A DNA stretch of 64,000 bases from Squalus acanthias (Eukaryota), in contig CM059432.1 in NCBI GenBank assembly GCA_030390025.1, positions 114,082,001 to 114,146,000 on the forward strand, in the 5' to 3' direction. Made by a program: the position numbers and the translations under genes. The notes under the pieces were generated by a model. It was not told where the DNA came from, searched no databases, and saw nothing but the letters and a program-made list of their open reading frames with translations. Of the stretch, positions 1 to 12,299 are shown piece after piece (within the stretch, counting starts at the first letter, position 1; each line of letters starts with the position of its first letter).

Positions 1-745
1 CCTTTATAATGGACTCTAGCATTTTCCCCACTACCGATGTCAGGCTTACCAGTCTGTAATTCCCCGCTTTCTCTCTACCACCCTTTTTGAATAGTGGGGT
101 AACATTAGCTACCCTCCAATCCATGGGTACAGTTCCAGATTCCATCGAATGTTGGAAGATGATCAGCAATGCATCTACTATTTCTAGGGCCACTTCCTTA
201 AGTACCCTAGGATGTAGATTATCAGGCCCTGGGGATTTATCGGCCTTCAATACCGTCAATTTCCCTAACACCATTTCCCTGCAAATACTGATTTCTTTCA
301 GTTCCTCCCTTTCATCAGACCGTATGTTCTCCAACATCTCTGGGAGGTTATTTGTGTCCTCCTTTGTGAAGACAGAACCAAAATATGCATTTAATTGGGC
401 TGCCATTTCTTTGTTCCCCATTATAACTTCCCCCGCTTCTGACTGCAAGGGACCTACACTTGATTTCACTAATCTTTTTCTCTTCACATATCTATAAAAG
501 CTCTTACAGTCAGTTTTTATGTTCCCAGCAAGCTTACTTTCATATTCTATTTTCCCCTTCTTAATTAATCCCTTTGTCCTCCTTTGTTGAATCCTAAACT
601 GCTCCCAATCCTCAGGGTTACTGCTTTTTCTGGCCAATTTATATGCGCTCTCCTTGGATCTTATGCTATCCCTAATTTCCCTTGTTAGCCACGGTTGAGT
701 CACCCTTTTTGTTTTATTCTTATGCCACACTGGGATGTACAAGTA
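1..745 (-). mobile_element. CR1 LINE ORF2 fragment (linker and RT N-terminal part), runs off the window edge
   Basis: Minus strand reads CR1-type motifs such as PWLTREIRDSI, KSFYRYVKRKR and [19 protein letters not shown]. Confidence 0.85.
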
Positions 746-746
746 G

Positions 747-2808
747 TGATATGAGGAGTATTCCGATAGGTAATCAGAAAATTTGCCAGTTTGTGGTCCA
801 ACGACTACTGACATTTCTTTGGACTTGGATCCAACATTTGCTTGATGAGGGCACGTTTGACAATTTGTACTGTGCGCTCTGCTGCACCATTTGAAGCAGG
901 GTGGTACAGTGGAACTTTGGTATGTTTCACACCATTTCTGCTCATGAACTGTGTGAACTCTTCTGAACAAAATTGCAGCCCATTATCAGACACAATTTCT
1001 TCTGGGAGGCCATATGAAGAAAACAATCTTCTCAAATTGTCTATTGTTTTGCTTGTTGTTATTCTCCGCATCGGAAACATCTCTGCCCACTTCAAGTGAC
1101 TATCTATCACTGTGAACAGTTGCTGTCCTTCTAGCTCAACAATATCTACATGTAACCTTTGCCACAATCTGGGAGGCCATTTCCATGGCTGTAATGGTGC
1201 TGATGTTGGTTTCTTGCTCACCGACTGATATGTTGTACACTGACTGACTAGGTACTCTATCTCTTTATCTTAACCTGGCCACCATAATAACTGCGTGAAA
1301 AGCTCTTGGTCAAGCACATTCCCAAGTGCTGGTCATGAAGATCTCCGAACAATTTAGACCTGAACCTATTTGGGATAACCACTCTTGCTCCCCAAATGAT
1401 ACAATCATTATCCACTGACAATTCATTCCTACGAATGAAGTATGGATGGATATCTTCCTCTGATACCTGGTTTGGCCATCCATTTGCGATGTAATCATAC
1501 ACCTTTGACATAATTTGGTCATGTTTCGTTGCTCTACTAATCTCTTCAGCTGTGACTGGCAGCTCATCAATGTATGAGAAATAGAACACTTCTTCCCTAT
1601 TGGGTGTAACTTGTGATGGGGATGGCAACCTGGACATAGCATCAGCATTACTGTGATCAGCTGATCGTCTGTACTCAATGTCATACGTATACGCTGACAA
1701 TATCAAAGCCCATCTCTGCATTCGGGCTGCAGCTAAGGTTGGAACTGGGGACTTTGAATTTAGGATTGCTGTCAGGGGCTTATGGTCAGTAACTATGGTA
1801 AACTTACGACCAAACAAGTATTTGTGAAACTTCTTGAGCCTAAAAATCAATGACAAAGCTTCCCTTTCGATCTGCGCATAATTCCGCTCACTGGCACTGA
1901 GAGTGCATGAAGCAAAAGCAATTGGTCTCTCCTCCCACTGTCTAGTACATGAGAGATCACTGCCCCAACTTCGTACGGAGAGGTGTCACACGCTAGCTTG
2001 ATTTCCTTAGATACATCATAGTGAACTAACATGGTACTCTCTACGAACTGGCTTTTACATTCTTTGAATGCTGTGTCGCATTCTTTTGACCACCTCCAAG
2101 GGACCTGCTTTCTCAACAGCTCATTCAGTGGATGTAACAATGTAGCCAAGTTTGGGAGAATCTTTCTGTAATAATTCAAAAGACCCAAAAATGATCGAAG
2201 TTCAGAGACATTCTTGGGAGCGGGTGCATTCCTGATTGCATCCTGCTTGCATTTGGTTGGATGTAAACCATCTTTGTCTACTCTGTGCCCTAAGTACGCC
2301 ACTGAGTTTTGAAACAACTCACACTTGTGAGCTGTCACTCGTACTCTGTGCTTCTTTAGCCGTTTGAGCACTTCATTCAACACCTCATCGTGGATTTGCC
2401 TGTTTGGTGCTGAAATGAGTAAGTCATCCAAAAAACACACTACCCCGTCAATCCCTTGCAAAATTTGGTTGATCACCCCCTGGAATATGTTGGGTGCAGA
2501 AGACACTCCAAATGGTAGCCTATTGAACTGATATAGGCCTCGGTGAGTATTTATAGTCAAGCATGACTTGGACTCTTCATCTAATTCAAGTTGTAGGTCG
2601 GCATTTGTTAGATCTAACTTCAAAAAGATCTGGCCACCTGTCAGCATTGTGAACAAATCTTCCACATTTGGCAAAGTATTGGGTAGATTACACTCTAGAA
2701 CAGGTTTACGGATACCTTATAATCACCACACAACCTTATCTTATCATCTGACTTTGGTACAACAACAATGGGTGCAGCCCAATTACTCAGATCTACCTTA
2801 GAGATAAT
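747..2808 (-). pseudogene. Gypsy pol: RT (FLDD), RNase H and integrase, with frameshifts
   Basis: ORFs 1847-2674 (RLPFGVSSAP, VCFLDDLLI, LACDTSPY), 1257-1856 (TDHKPL, RWALILSAY) and 805-1221 (IVSDNG, PLYHPASNGAAER). Confidence 0.93.
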
Positions 2809-3169
2809 GGGGGAGAAATTCGGTATCGCCCGGTTTGGGGCGCAATTATCGTCCGGGCGCAAAGTTTAGCGCCTGGCGCTAATTATCACCTCCGACTGCA
2901 AACTTGGCTTCTATCGCCCCTGGAGGTGATTGGAGCACAAAATCAGGCGCTGCACACCTGTCTTAAGGCGCAAAGGCCAAGGAGCAAGGCGCTAACTCAG
3001 AGCGCTGGCGAAGCTCAGGTGATGTCAGTTAGCAATGGAACACAAACACACTGGCGCCGGCCAGTTCTTAAAGGGGAGGGTCGAGCTTGCTCTCCAGACA
3101 CACCCTGCTCATTGCAGCCTTGAATCTCGGCCTGGACAGACCTGTGCATCGATTCTGCAGCAAAGGACT

Positions 3170-4981
3170 ATGGAGAGGGCCAGGGAATGAGCTCAGCGCT
3201 TCAGCAACCGGGCCTTGGTGGCTCTGATTGGTGCAGTGGAGCGCAGAACAGCAATACTGTACCCAGAGAGTGGCAGGAGGCCATTGCCGCGCGACTACAG
3301 AAGAGTGTGGAGGGAGGTGGCTCATCACGTCTCCCCCAGGAGCATGGTGCCCAGGACCCATATGCAATGCCGGAAAAAGTTCAACGACCTCACTCGGGTC
3401 GCCAGGCTGTTTTTCAATACCTCTCCATCCCTCCATCTCAACCTCACTCTATGGCCAGAGGGTTTTAAAACCCCAATGCCCAACACTCATCCAAGACCTA
3501 TGACAATCTCATGAAACACACACGCACATTCCACACCTTGCATACATTAAGGGCTATTCAACTATGGGAGGCACATCAGGCAAGACCATGGCTGTATATT
3601 TACTCAGACGCCGTCCTTTTTCTTGCAGGCCAAGCCATCTCACAACAGAAGACAGCAGCAACGGACGGGTGGAGGGCCGCCTCAGCTGCAACCCCTCAGC
3701 GATCTGGAGGCGCGCATCCACAGGATCGTCGCAAGCCAGGTGATCGATCCCATCGCCCCTGGAGAGGTCGACCCCGTTCGGGACAGCAATGGTAAGGTCA
3801 TCGGTTTTCTCTCCTCTTTCATTCCACTTATCCCTCACAACACCAGCCTTTTACACTTTCAATGCAACTTACTAAATCGCTCCAGTCCTTGCTCCCTTAC
3901 TGCCCCCCTGTCCTGACGCTAAAGCCACTCTTGCACCTCCCTGCTTTCAGATGGTGATTCACCAGCTGAGGAGACGGGCCCTCAAGCAGCCAGTGGGAGC
4001 GACGCCACAGGCGAGGAGGAAGAGGAAGCCGGAGCTTCAGCGCCAGCGTCTCCCGAGGAAGCCCATGCCCACACTGGGACCACGCCTTCCCTGGAGGGGA
4101 GCAGGGGGGGAAGGGTCTGATGAGGGTGAAGCTCCGGGACCCAGCGGGCTGCAGCAACGCACGATGGGGGTAGGGAAGCTCGGGGGCCTTCTCCCCGGAG
4201 GAATAGTAGGCCAGTGAGTCCTGCTGCACTGGACGCAGAGGAGGAGCGGCTCATCGCAGAAATGATCACCCAGGCGGTGGACATGCACACTCAGCTCATG
4301 GGTGCAATGGGAAGGGTGCCCGAAAGCATTGATGGACTGGCAAGGAGTGTGGAGCACTCTGCTGCAGCACAGGCCAACGCAACAGAACGGCTTAGTGTGG
4401 CAATTCAGTCACTGGCTGCTGTGATCCAATCTCAGCCTGCTCTCATGCAGACTCAGATTGAGGCAACGCAAGCACTGACTGCTGCCATCGTCGCTAGTTC
4501 GGCCACATTGCCCCGGGGCTCTCATGGTGCCGCAGCAGGCCAGCAATCTGTGCTCCAGCAGATTGCTCCGGATGCTGAGGTGCTGTCCCGTGGGAGTGCC
4601 AGTGTGTCGGTCGAGCAGGGAGGTGCTGTCCTCTCTCAGGATGACAGCATTCCCGCTGCCACCACTGTCACTTCCCCATTGCACTTGCCACCGCCTGTAG
4701 CCCAGACTGCTGCCGCCCATGCAGAGTTGGTGCATTCTGCAGCCAGGGCCTCCAGGCCCAGAGCTGGTCGAAAGCATCCTTCAAGGGCATCTGCAATCTC
4801 AGGATCTGACATTCAGCAACCTTCCACCAGCCTTGCTGCAGCCACTGGGGCCCCATTACGGAGGAGCAGTAGGGTGGGAAGGGAAGGAGATCACCCTCGA
4901 AGGGCAAACAGTAGGAGGTCTCCAGAAATGTTGGGAATGTTTTTATTAAAGGGAGAGGTTCATCTGATAACTTTTGTTTAG
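3170..4981 (+). pseudogene. Harbinger Myb/SANT-like (NAIF1/MSANTD-type) DNA-binding protein gene, 3 exons (3170-3406, 3629-3791, 3951-4981)
   Basis: RFS..AL..L..AV...W.EVA..VS......RT..QCRKKFNDL motif then TGGGPP; pyrimidine-tract AG acceptors; early TGA, lost first donor and frameshifts in exon 3. Confidence 0.85.
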
Positions 4982-5212
4982 TGTTTTCGCCATTATCTCC
5001 AGGTTGTGAGAACCAGTTACGTTAATTTATGATTTGTTGTGTTTGTTTCTATTAGTTTGTCATGAATAAATAACACACAGAGTTTGTAAAATAAAAAAGT
5101 TGTTGTTTTCAAAATGTACATGTTTGGCCTTTGGAATCATTGCTGCCTTGGCCGGCTATAGGGGTTGGGGGTTGCTTTCCATCATGTTGTTTTCCATTTT
5201 CTGAGTAAGGGC

Positions 5213-6345
5213 CTAGAATCGGCTTGTTATCAGCCGTTGATGGACGGCCCTTGTAGTTTCAACATTGTGGGCCTCCCTCCCGCCTTGGTGCTGCTGCTGA
5301 TCATCCTCCTCCTCTTCCTCCTCCTCCTCTGGTGGTGCTCCAAGGCCTGGTGGCATTGGCTGGGTCCTGAGGATTGCAAGGATTGCAAACAACTATGAAG
5401 AGGGAGACTCGCTCAGGCGAGTACTGCAGGGCTCCTCCTGAGTGGTCCAGACAGCTTGAGCACAGCGATCGTCTGCTCAATGATGTTCCTGGTGGCGAGA
5501 TGGCTCTCATTGTACCGCAGCTCAGCAGGGGTGTTGGGGTTACGGAGCGGTGTCATCAGCCAGGTGCACAGTGGATAACCCTTGTCCCTGAGGAGCCAAC
5601 CACTTGGCTGATGCGCTGCCTGGAAAAGGTTTGGCACACCAGTCTGGCGCAGGATGAAAGCATCGTGGCTGCTGCCAGGATAGCGGGCATTGATGGCGAG
5701 TATGAGCTGTGTGTGGTCACAGACCAACTGGACATTTAAGGAGTGGAAACTCTTGCAGTTTCGGAAAACCTCTGCATTCTCATGCCATGCCCGCAATGCC
5801 ACATGCAAGCAGTCAATGGCACCCAGCACCATGGGGAAGCCCGCTATCCTCGCAAAGCCCAATGCGCGTTCATGCTGTTTGGCCCGGGTCATCGGGAATA
5901 AGATGTGCTAACATCTCCTTTTATAGAGGGCAATTGTGACCTGCCGGATACAGCAATGGACCGCGAACAGGGAGATATTAGCGATGTCCCCAGTAGCTGC
6001 TTGAATTGAGCCAGTGGCATAAAAATTCAGAGTCACTGTGACCTTCACTGCCACCGACAGAGACGTCCTGGTCCTCAGTAGAGGCTGCAGATCTGGCTGC
6101 AGCAGGTGGCAGAGCTCAGTGACCACCTCCTTGCTGAAGCGCAGCCTGCACAAACACTGCTCCTCAGACAAATTAATGTAGGAGAATTGTTCCCGGAATA
6201 CACTGGGAGGGTAAGGTCTCCTGTACAGAGGCCTGTTGGACCTCCTCCGTCTGGCCATGATTGCCACTCTCTCTCTGCGTCTCTGATGCCTCTGATTCTG
6301 CAGGCGCAGGACGACGCACCGAATCAGTGCAGCCCCCAAAGTCTC
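5213..6345 (-). pseudogene. Harbinger DDE transposase (HARBI1-like), frameshifted; start approximate
   Basis: ORFs 5908-6408 and 5413-5892: LNFYATGS, GAIDCLHV, YPGSSHDAFIL, DKGYPL, RNIIEQ; acidic tail; TAG at 5213-5215. Confidence 0.93.
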
Positions 6346-6802
6346 TTGACAATCGAAGCAATGAAGGTCAAATCCAAAAGAACCTGCAAAGTGATGCTTA
6401 GTAGCCAAAACTACTTCGCACAGCGTTGAATCTCTGCAGAAGTCTTTCTCTCTCTCTCTCTCAGAATCTCTCTGTCTCTGTCAGAATGAGTGGTGCAAAA
6501 ATGTCTATCACAAAAAAAGGCAGGAAGAGGGCACCTTTAAATAGCGCTCTCCCAGCCCCTCACCGACTGGAAAACGTTCCACTCTCCCTGTCGTTGCTTG
6601 CAGCAGGCGGGGAAAAAAAAGGGGCGCCACTCAATATCCGGTCCGGGGCGCCACTGGGGCATTGCATGCTCGTCTAACGTCACGATCTGCGGGCGCAGGA
6701 GATCGTGGTGATAGAGTTTAGTGACGCCGCAAAAGCTCTGGTCAATTTTGCAGAGTACTTAGGGCGCTAACAGGAGGCGCAAAGCAACCAAATTTTCCCC
6801 CC

Positions 6803-7327
6803 AATATTCTCAAAATCTAGTCTTTTGAGTTCTTGCTCAACTTTCTCCTTGAGTGCATATGATACGGGACGTGGCTTGCAGTAAACTGGTCTTGCATCCT
6901 TCTGCACTCTGACACTCGCCTTGAAGTCTTGGATCGGACTGCCCGTTTCGCTGAACACCTTCGGATACTGCTTGATGACCTCATCTTTCGATGCAAATTT
7001 CTCTTCCACACGAAAAATCTCATTCCAATCCAGCTTCAGTGATCCTAACCAATTTCTACCTATCAAGGCAGACTTGTCTCCTGCCACTACTGAGAGGCAA
7101 GCTCTGACACTGATCCTTGTATTTCACTGGTATGGTGACACTTCCTACTACAGGGATTTGCTCTCCTGAGTAGCCTCGCAGCTCTACCTTCGATTTCTCT
7201 AGTCGATAATCACGCAACTTGTCGCGGTATACTGATTCTGGTACTATGCTCACGGATGCACCAGTGTCGATTTCCATGGGTATCCTGGTTCCTGCGACAT
7301 CTACTTGGTTGACCATGCCTCGTGAAT
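6803..7327 (-). pseudogene. Gypsy aspartic protease and start of RT
   Basis: MEIDTGASVSI active-site motif, LIGRNWL, PRPVSYALKEKVEQELKRL. Confidence 0.9.
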
Positions 7328-10300
7328 TACAGAGTACTTTAAACAGCGGGAGAGGAGAGCCAGAGTGCCAGAGTACTTTATACAGAGGGGGAGCGGAGAG
7401 CCAGAGCGGCAGAGTACTTTATACAGAGCGGGAGCTCAGAGCCAGAGCGCCAGAGCACTTTATACGGAGCGGGAGAGGAGAGCCAGAGCGCCAGAGTACT
7501 TTGAACAGAGCGGGAGCGGAGAGCCAGAGCGACAGAGCACTTTAAACAGAGGGGGAGCGGAGAGCCAGAGTGACAGAGTACTTTATACAGAGCGGGAGCG
7601 GAGAGCCAGAGTGACAGAGTACTTTAAACAGAGGGGAAGCGGAGAGCCAGAGTGACAGAGTACTTTATACAGGGCGGGAGCGGAGAGCCAGAGTGACAGA
7701 GTACTTTAAACAGAGGGGGAGCGGAGAGCCAGTGTGACAGAGTACTTTAAACAGAGGGGAAGCGGAGAGCCAGAGTGACAGAGTACTTTATACAGAGCGG
7801 GAGCGGAGAGCCAGAGTGACAGAGTACTTTAAACAGAGGGGGAGCGGAGAGCCAGTGTGACAGAGTACTTTAAACAGAGGGGGAGCGGCGAGCCAGAGTG
7901 ACAGAGTACTTTATACAGAGTGGGAGCGGAGAGCCAGAGTGACAGAGTACTTTATACAGAGCGGGAGCGGAGAGCCAGAGTGACAGAGTACTTTATACAG
8001 AGCGGGAGCGGAGAGCCAGAGTGACAGCGTACTTTAAACAGAGGGGGAGCGGAGAGTCAGAGTGACAGAGTACTTTAAACAGAGCGGGAGCGGAGAGCCA
8101 GAGTGACAGAGTACTTTAAACAGAGTGGGAGCGGAGAGCCAGAGTGACAGAGTACTTTATACAGAGCGGGAGCGGAGAGCCAGAGTGACAGAGTACTTTA
8201 AACAGAGGGGGAGCGGCGAGCCAGAGTGACAGAGTACTTTATACAGAGCGGGAGTGGAGAGCCAGAGTGACAGAGTACTTTATACAGAGCGGGAGCGGAG
8301 AGCCAGAGTGACAGAGTACTTTATACAGAGCGGGAGCGGAGAGCCAGAGTGACAGAGTACTTTAAACAGAGGGGGAGCGGAGAGTCAGAGTGACAGAATA
8401 CTTTATACAGAGCGGGAGCGGAGAGCCAGAGTGACAGAGTACTTTATACAGAGCGGGAGCGGAGAGCCAGAGTGACAGAGTACTTTAAACAGAGGGGGAG
8501 CGGAGAGCCAGAGTGCCAGAGCACTTTATACAGAGCGGGAGTGGAGAGCCAGAGTGACAGATTACTTTATACAGAGCGGGAGTGGAGAGCCAGAGTGACA
8601 GAGTACTTTAAACAGAGCGGGAGCGGAGAGCCAGAGTGACAGAGTACTTTAAACAGAGCGGGAGCGGAGAGCCAGAGTGACAGAGTACTTTAAACAGAGG
8701 GGGAGCGGAGAGCCAGAGTGACAGAGTACTTTATACAGAGCGGGAGCGGAGAGCCAGAGTGACAGAGTACTTTAAACAGAGGGGGAGCGGAGAGCCAGAG
8801 TGCCAGAGTACTTTATACAGAGCGGGAGCGGAGAGCCAGAGTGACAGAGTACTTTAAACAGAGGGGGAGCGGAGAGCCAGAGTGACAGAGTACTTTAAAC
8901 AGAGGGGGAGCGGCGAGCCAGAGTGACAGAGTACTTTAAACAGAGGGGGAGCGGAGAGCCAGAGCGGCAGAGTACTTTAAACAGAGGGAGCGGAGAGCCA
9001 GAGTGCCAGAGCACTTTATACAGAGCGGGAGTGGAGAGCCAGAGCGACAGAGTACTTTAAACAGAGCGGGAGCGGAGAGCCAGAGCAACAGAGCACTTTA
9101 AACAGAGGGGGAGCGGAGAGCCAGAGTGACAGAGTACTTTAAACAGAGGGGAAGCGGAGAGCCAGAGTGCCAGAGTACTTTATACAGAGCGGGAGCGGAG
9201 AGCCAGAGTGACAGAGTACTTTAAACAGAGGGGGAGCGGAGAGCCAGAGTGACAGAGTACTTTAAACAGAGGGGGAGCAGCGAGCCAGAGTGACAGAGTA
9301 CTTTATACAGAGTGGGAGCGGAGAGCCAGAGTGACAGAGTACTTTATACAGTGCGGGAGCGGAGAGCCAGAGTGATAGAGTACTTTATACAGAGCGGGAG
9401 CGGAGAGCCAGAGTGACAGAGTACTTTAAACAGAGGGGGAGCGGAGAGTCAGAGTGACAGAATACTTTATACAGAGCGGGAGCGGAGAGCCAGAGTGACA
9501 GAGTACTTTATACAGAGCGGGAGCGGAGAGCCAGAGTGACAGAGTACTTTAAACAGAGGGGGAGCGGCGAGCCAGAGTGACAGAGTACTTTATACAGAGC
9601 GGGAGTGGAGAGCCAGAGTGACAGAGTACTTTATACAGAGCGGGAGCGGAGAGCCAGAGTGACAGAGTACTTTATACAGAGCGGGAGCGGAGAGCCAGAG
9701 TGACAGAGTACTTTAAACAGAGGGGGAGCGGAGAGCCAGAGTGACAGAGTACTTTATACAGAGCGGGAGCGGAGAGCCAGAGTGACAGAGTACTTTATAC
9801 AGAGCGGGAGCGGAGAGCCAGAGTGACAGAGTACTTTAAACAGAGGGGGAGCGGCGAGCCAGAGTGACAGAGTACTTTATACAGAGCGGGAGTGGAGAGC
9901 CAGAGTGACAGAGTACTTTATACAGAGCGGGAGCGGAGAGCCAGAGTGACAGAGTACTTTATACAGAGCGGGAGCGGAGAGCCAGAGTGACAGAGTACTT
10001 TAAACAGAGGGGGAGCGGAGAGCCAGAGTGCCAGAGCACTTTATACAGAGCGGGAGTGGAGAGCCAGAGTGACAGAGTACTTTATACAGAGCGGGAGCGG
10101 AGAGCCAGAGTGACAGAGTACTTTAAACAGAGCGGGAGCGGAGAGCCAGAGTGACAGAGTACTTTAAACAGAGCGAGGGCGGAGAGCCAGAGTGACAGAG
10201 TACTTTAAACAGAGGGGGAGCGGAGAGCCAGAGTGACAGAGTACTTTATACAGAGCGGGAGCGGAGAGCCAGAGTGACAGAGTACTTTAAACAGAGGGGG

Positions 10301-10790
10301 AGCGGAGAGCCAGAGTGCCAGAGTACTTTATACAGAGCGGGAGCGGAGAGCCAGAGTGACAGAGTACTTTAAACAGAGGGGGAGCGGCGAGCCAGAGCGA
10401 CAGAGTACTTTAAACAGAGGGGGAGCGGAGAGCCAGAGTGACAGAGTACTTTATACAGAGCGGGAGCGGAGAGCCAGAGTGACAGAGTACTTTAAACAGA
10501 GGGGGAGCGGAGAGCCAGAGTGCCAGAGTACTTTATACAGAGCGGGAGCGGAGAGCCAGAGTGACAGAGTACTTTAAACAGAGGGGGAGCGGAGAGCCAG
10601 AGTGACAGAGTACTTTAAACAGAGGGGGAGCGGCGAGCCAGAGTGACAGAGTACTTTAAACAGAGGGGGAGCGGAGAGCCAGAGCGGCAGAGTACTTTAA
10701 ACAGAGGGAGCGGAGAGCCAGAGTGCCAGAGCACTTTATACAGAGCGGGAGTGGAGAGCCAGAGTGACAGAGTACTTTAAACAGCGGGGA
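7328..10790 (+). repeat. Tandem array of a 41-bp unit, about 84 copies (CAGAGTGACAGAGTACTTTAWACAGAGSGGGAGCGGAGAGC)
   Basis: Directly visible head-to-tail repeats with no spacers. Confidence 0.97.
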
Positions 10791-11219
10791 CCTAATTGGA
10801 GACACCAGCGGCGGCGGCGGCACCTTCCACGGTTTCCAAAAAAATCCGGTGAGACGTCAGAGGGTAGCAGTACAGTCTGAGGAACAGAGTCGGAGACCGG
10901 GGATAAAGGCAGTGCGGAGCAGAGGCCTGGGAGTCTGAGTGCGCGGTCTACCTGCGCGATCGACAGTCGGCAAGCGACACAACGAAGGAGTGACGCCAGA
11001 ATTTAAAGGTGTCGCTGGCACAAGGGAGCTGAGAGCTGAGTCTAGGGTGAATATTTATTGTCAGTTTTTTTTTGTTCTCTTTTGAGTATATTTCTGCTAA
11101 GTAGTTCCTAGCCTATGTAATAGAGAGAAGTGCTGTTTGGTGGGTAGCTGTTCAGTGTTTCTTGTTAAGTTTTAAGTTTATTTCTGCTAAATTACCTCCA
11201 TAGTCTGGTAAATAGAGGC

Positions 11220-12155
11220 ATGGCAGGGCAGCTCAGTCCCGTGATTTGCACATCCTGTGCCATGTGGGAAATCCTGGATGCTTCTTGCGGCCTGGACGAC
11301 CACGTGTGCAGGAAGTGTCGCCAACTGCAGCAACTCGAGCTCCGGGTTTCGGAGCTTGAGCGGCAGCTGGAGTCACTGCAGTGCATCTGCGAGGCTGAGA
11401 AATACTTGGAAAGCACATTTCTAGAAGTGGTCACCCCGCAGCCTCAGAATGTGCAGGCAGAGAGGGAATGGGTGACCACCAGACAGAGAAGGAGGACCAG
11501 GCAGGTAGGGCAGGAATCCCCAGAGTGCATCTAGCTTGCTAACCAGTTCACAGTTCCGGAAACTGGTGGGGGTGATGGTTCCTCTGGGGAGAGCAGCCAG
11601 AGCCACAGCACCACGGGTGGCTCAGCTGCACAGCGGGGGAGGAAGAGAGTGGAAGAGCAATAGTGATAGGGGATTCATTGGTTAGGGGAACAGATTCTGT
11701 GGATGCAGACGTGACTCCAGGATGGTATGTTGCCTCCCTGGTGCCAGGGTCAAGGATGTCACCGAGCGGCTGCAGGACACTCTGAGGGGGGAGGGTGAAC
11801 AGCCAGAGGTCGTTGTCCATATCGGTACCAACGACATAGGCAGAAAGAGGGATGAGGTCCTGCAGGCAGAGTTTAGGGAGTTGGAAAGAGATTAAAAAGC
11901 AGGACCTCAAAGGTAGTAATCTCCGGATTACTCCCGGTGCCACGTGCTAGTGAGTACAGGAATAGGAGGTTAGAACAGATGAATGCGTGGCTGGAGAGAT
12001 GGTGCAGGAGGGAGGGCTTTAGATTCCTGAGGCATTGGGACCATTTCTGGGAAAGGTGGAACCTGTACAAGCCGGATGGGTTACACCTCAACAGAGCCGG
12101 GACCAATATTCTCGCGGGGAGGTTTGCTAGTGCTGTTGGGGAGGGTTTAAACTAG
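11220..12155 (+). pseudogene. CR1 ORF1: zinc finger/leucine zipper plus SGNH esterase, disrupted
   Basis: CTSC...CRKC followed by heptad leucines; IVIGDSLVRG, CLPGARV, VHIGTND and DGLHLN esterase blocks; stop at 11532-11534 and frameshifts. Confidence 0.88.
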
Positions 12156-12299
12156 CTTGGCAGGGGGATGGGCACCAGCATATAGGAGTAGAAAAGAGGA
12201 ATAAGGTGCATAAAAGAGTGAGTGTGTTGGATAGTACTAGAGAAGATAGTAGTACGAGAGGCGGAAGTAGTACCATATTAGATAGGAGCAGACTAAGAA

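Larger units (their letters stand above)
2809..6802. mobile_element. PIF/Harbinger DNA transposon, full length (3994 bp), two convergent genes, inactivated
   Basis: TIRs GGGGGAGAAATTCGGT / GGGGGGAAAATTTGGT; 3-bp TSD AAT (2806-2808, 6803-6805); removing the element restores Gypsy RT ...LDFENIISKVD... Confidence 0.93.

Noticed and set aside
87..497. Plus-strand ORF here and similar antisense ORFs (e.g. 14019-14540, 842-1099)
   Set aside because: They are shadow frames opposite retroelement coding sequence.
3170..6408. Domesticated HARBI1 or NAIF1 host genes
   Set aside because: The genes lie within TIRs and a TSD, are inserted in a Gypsy element, carry stops and frameshifts, and have a second copy nearby.
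7328..10790. CRISPR-like appearance of the 41-bp array
   Set aside because: No unique spacers and no cas genes; the context is vertebrate and the array lies inside a LINE.
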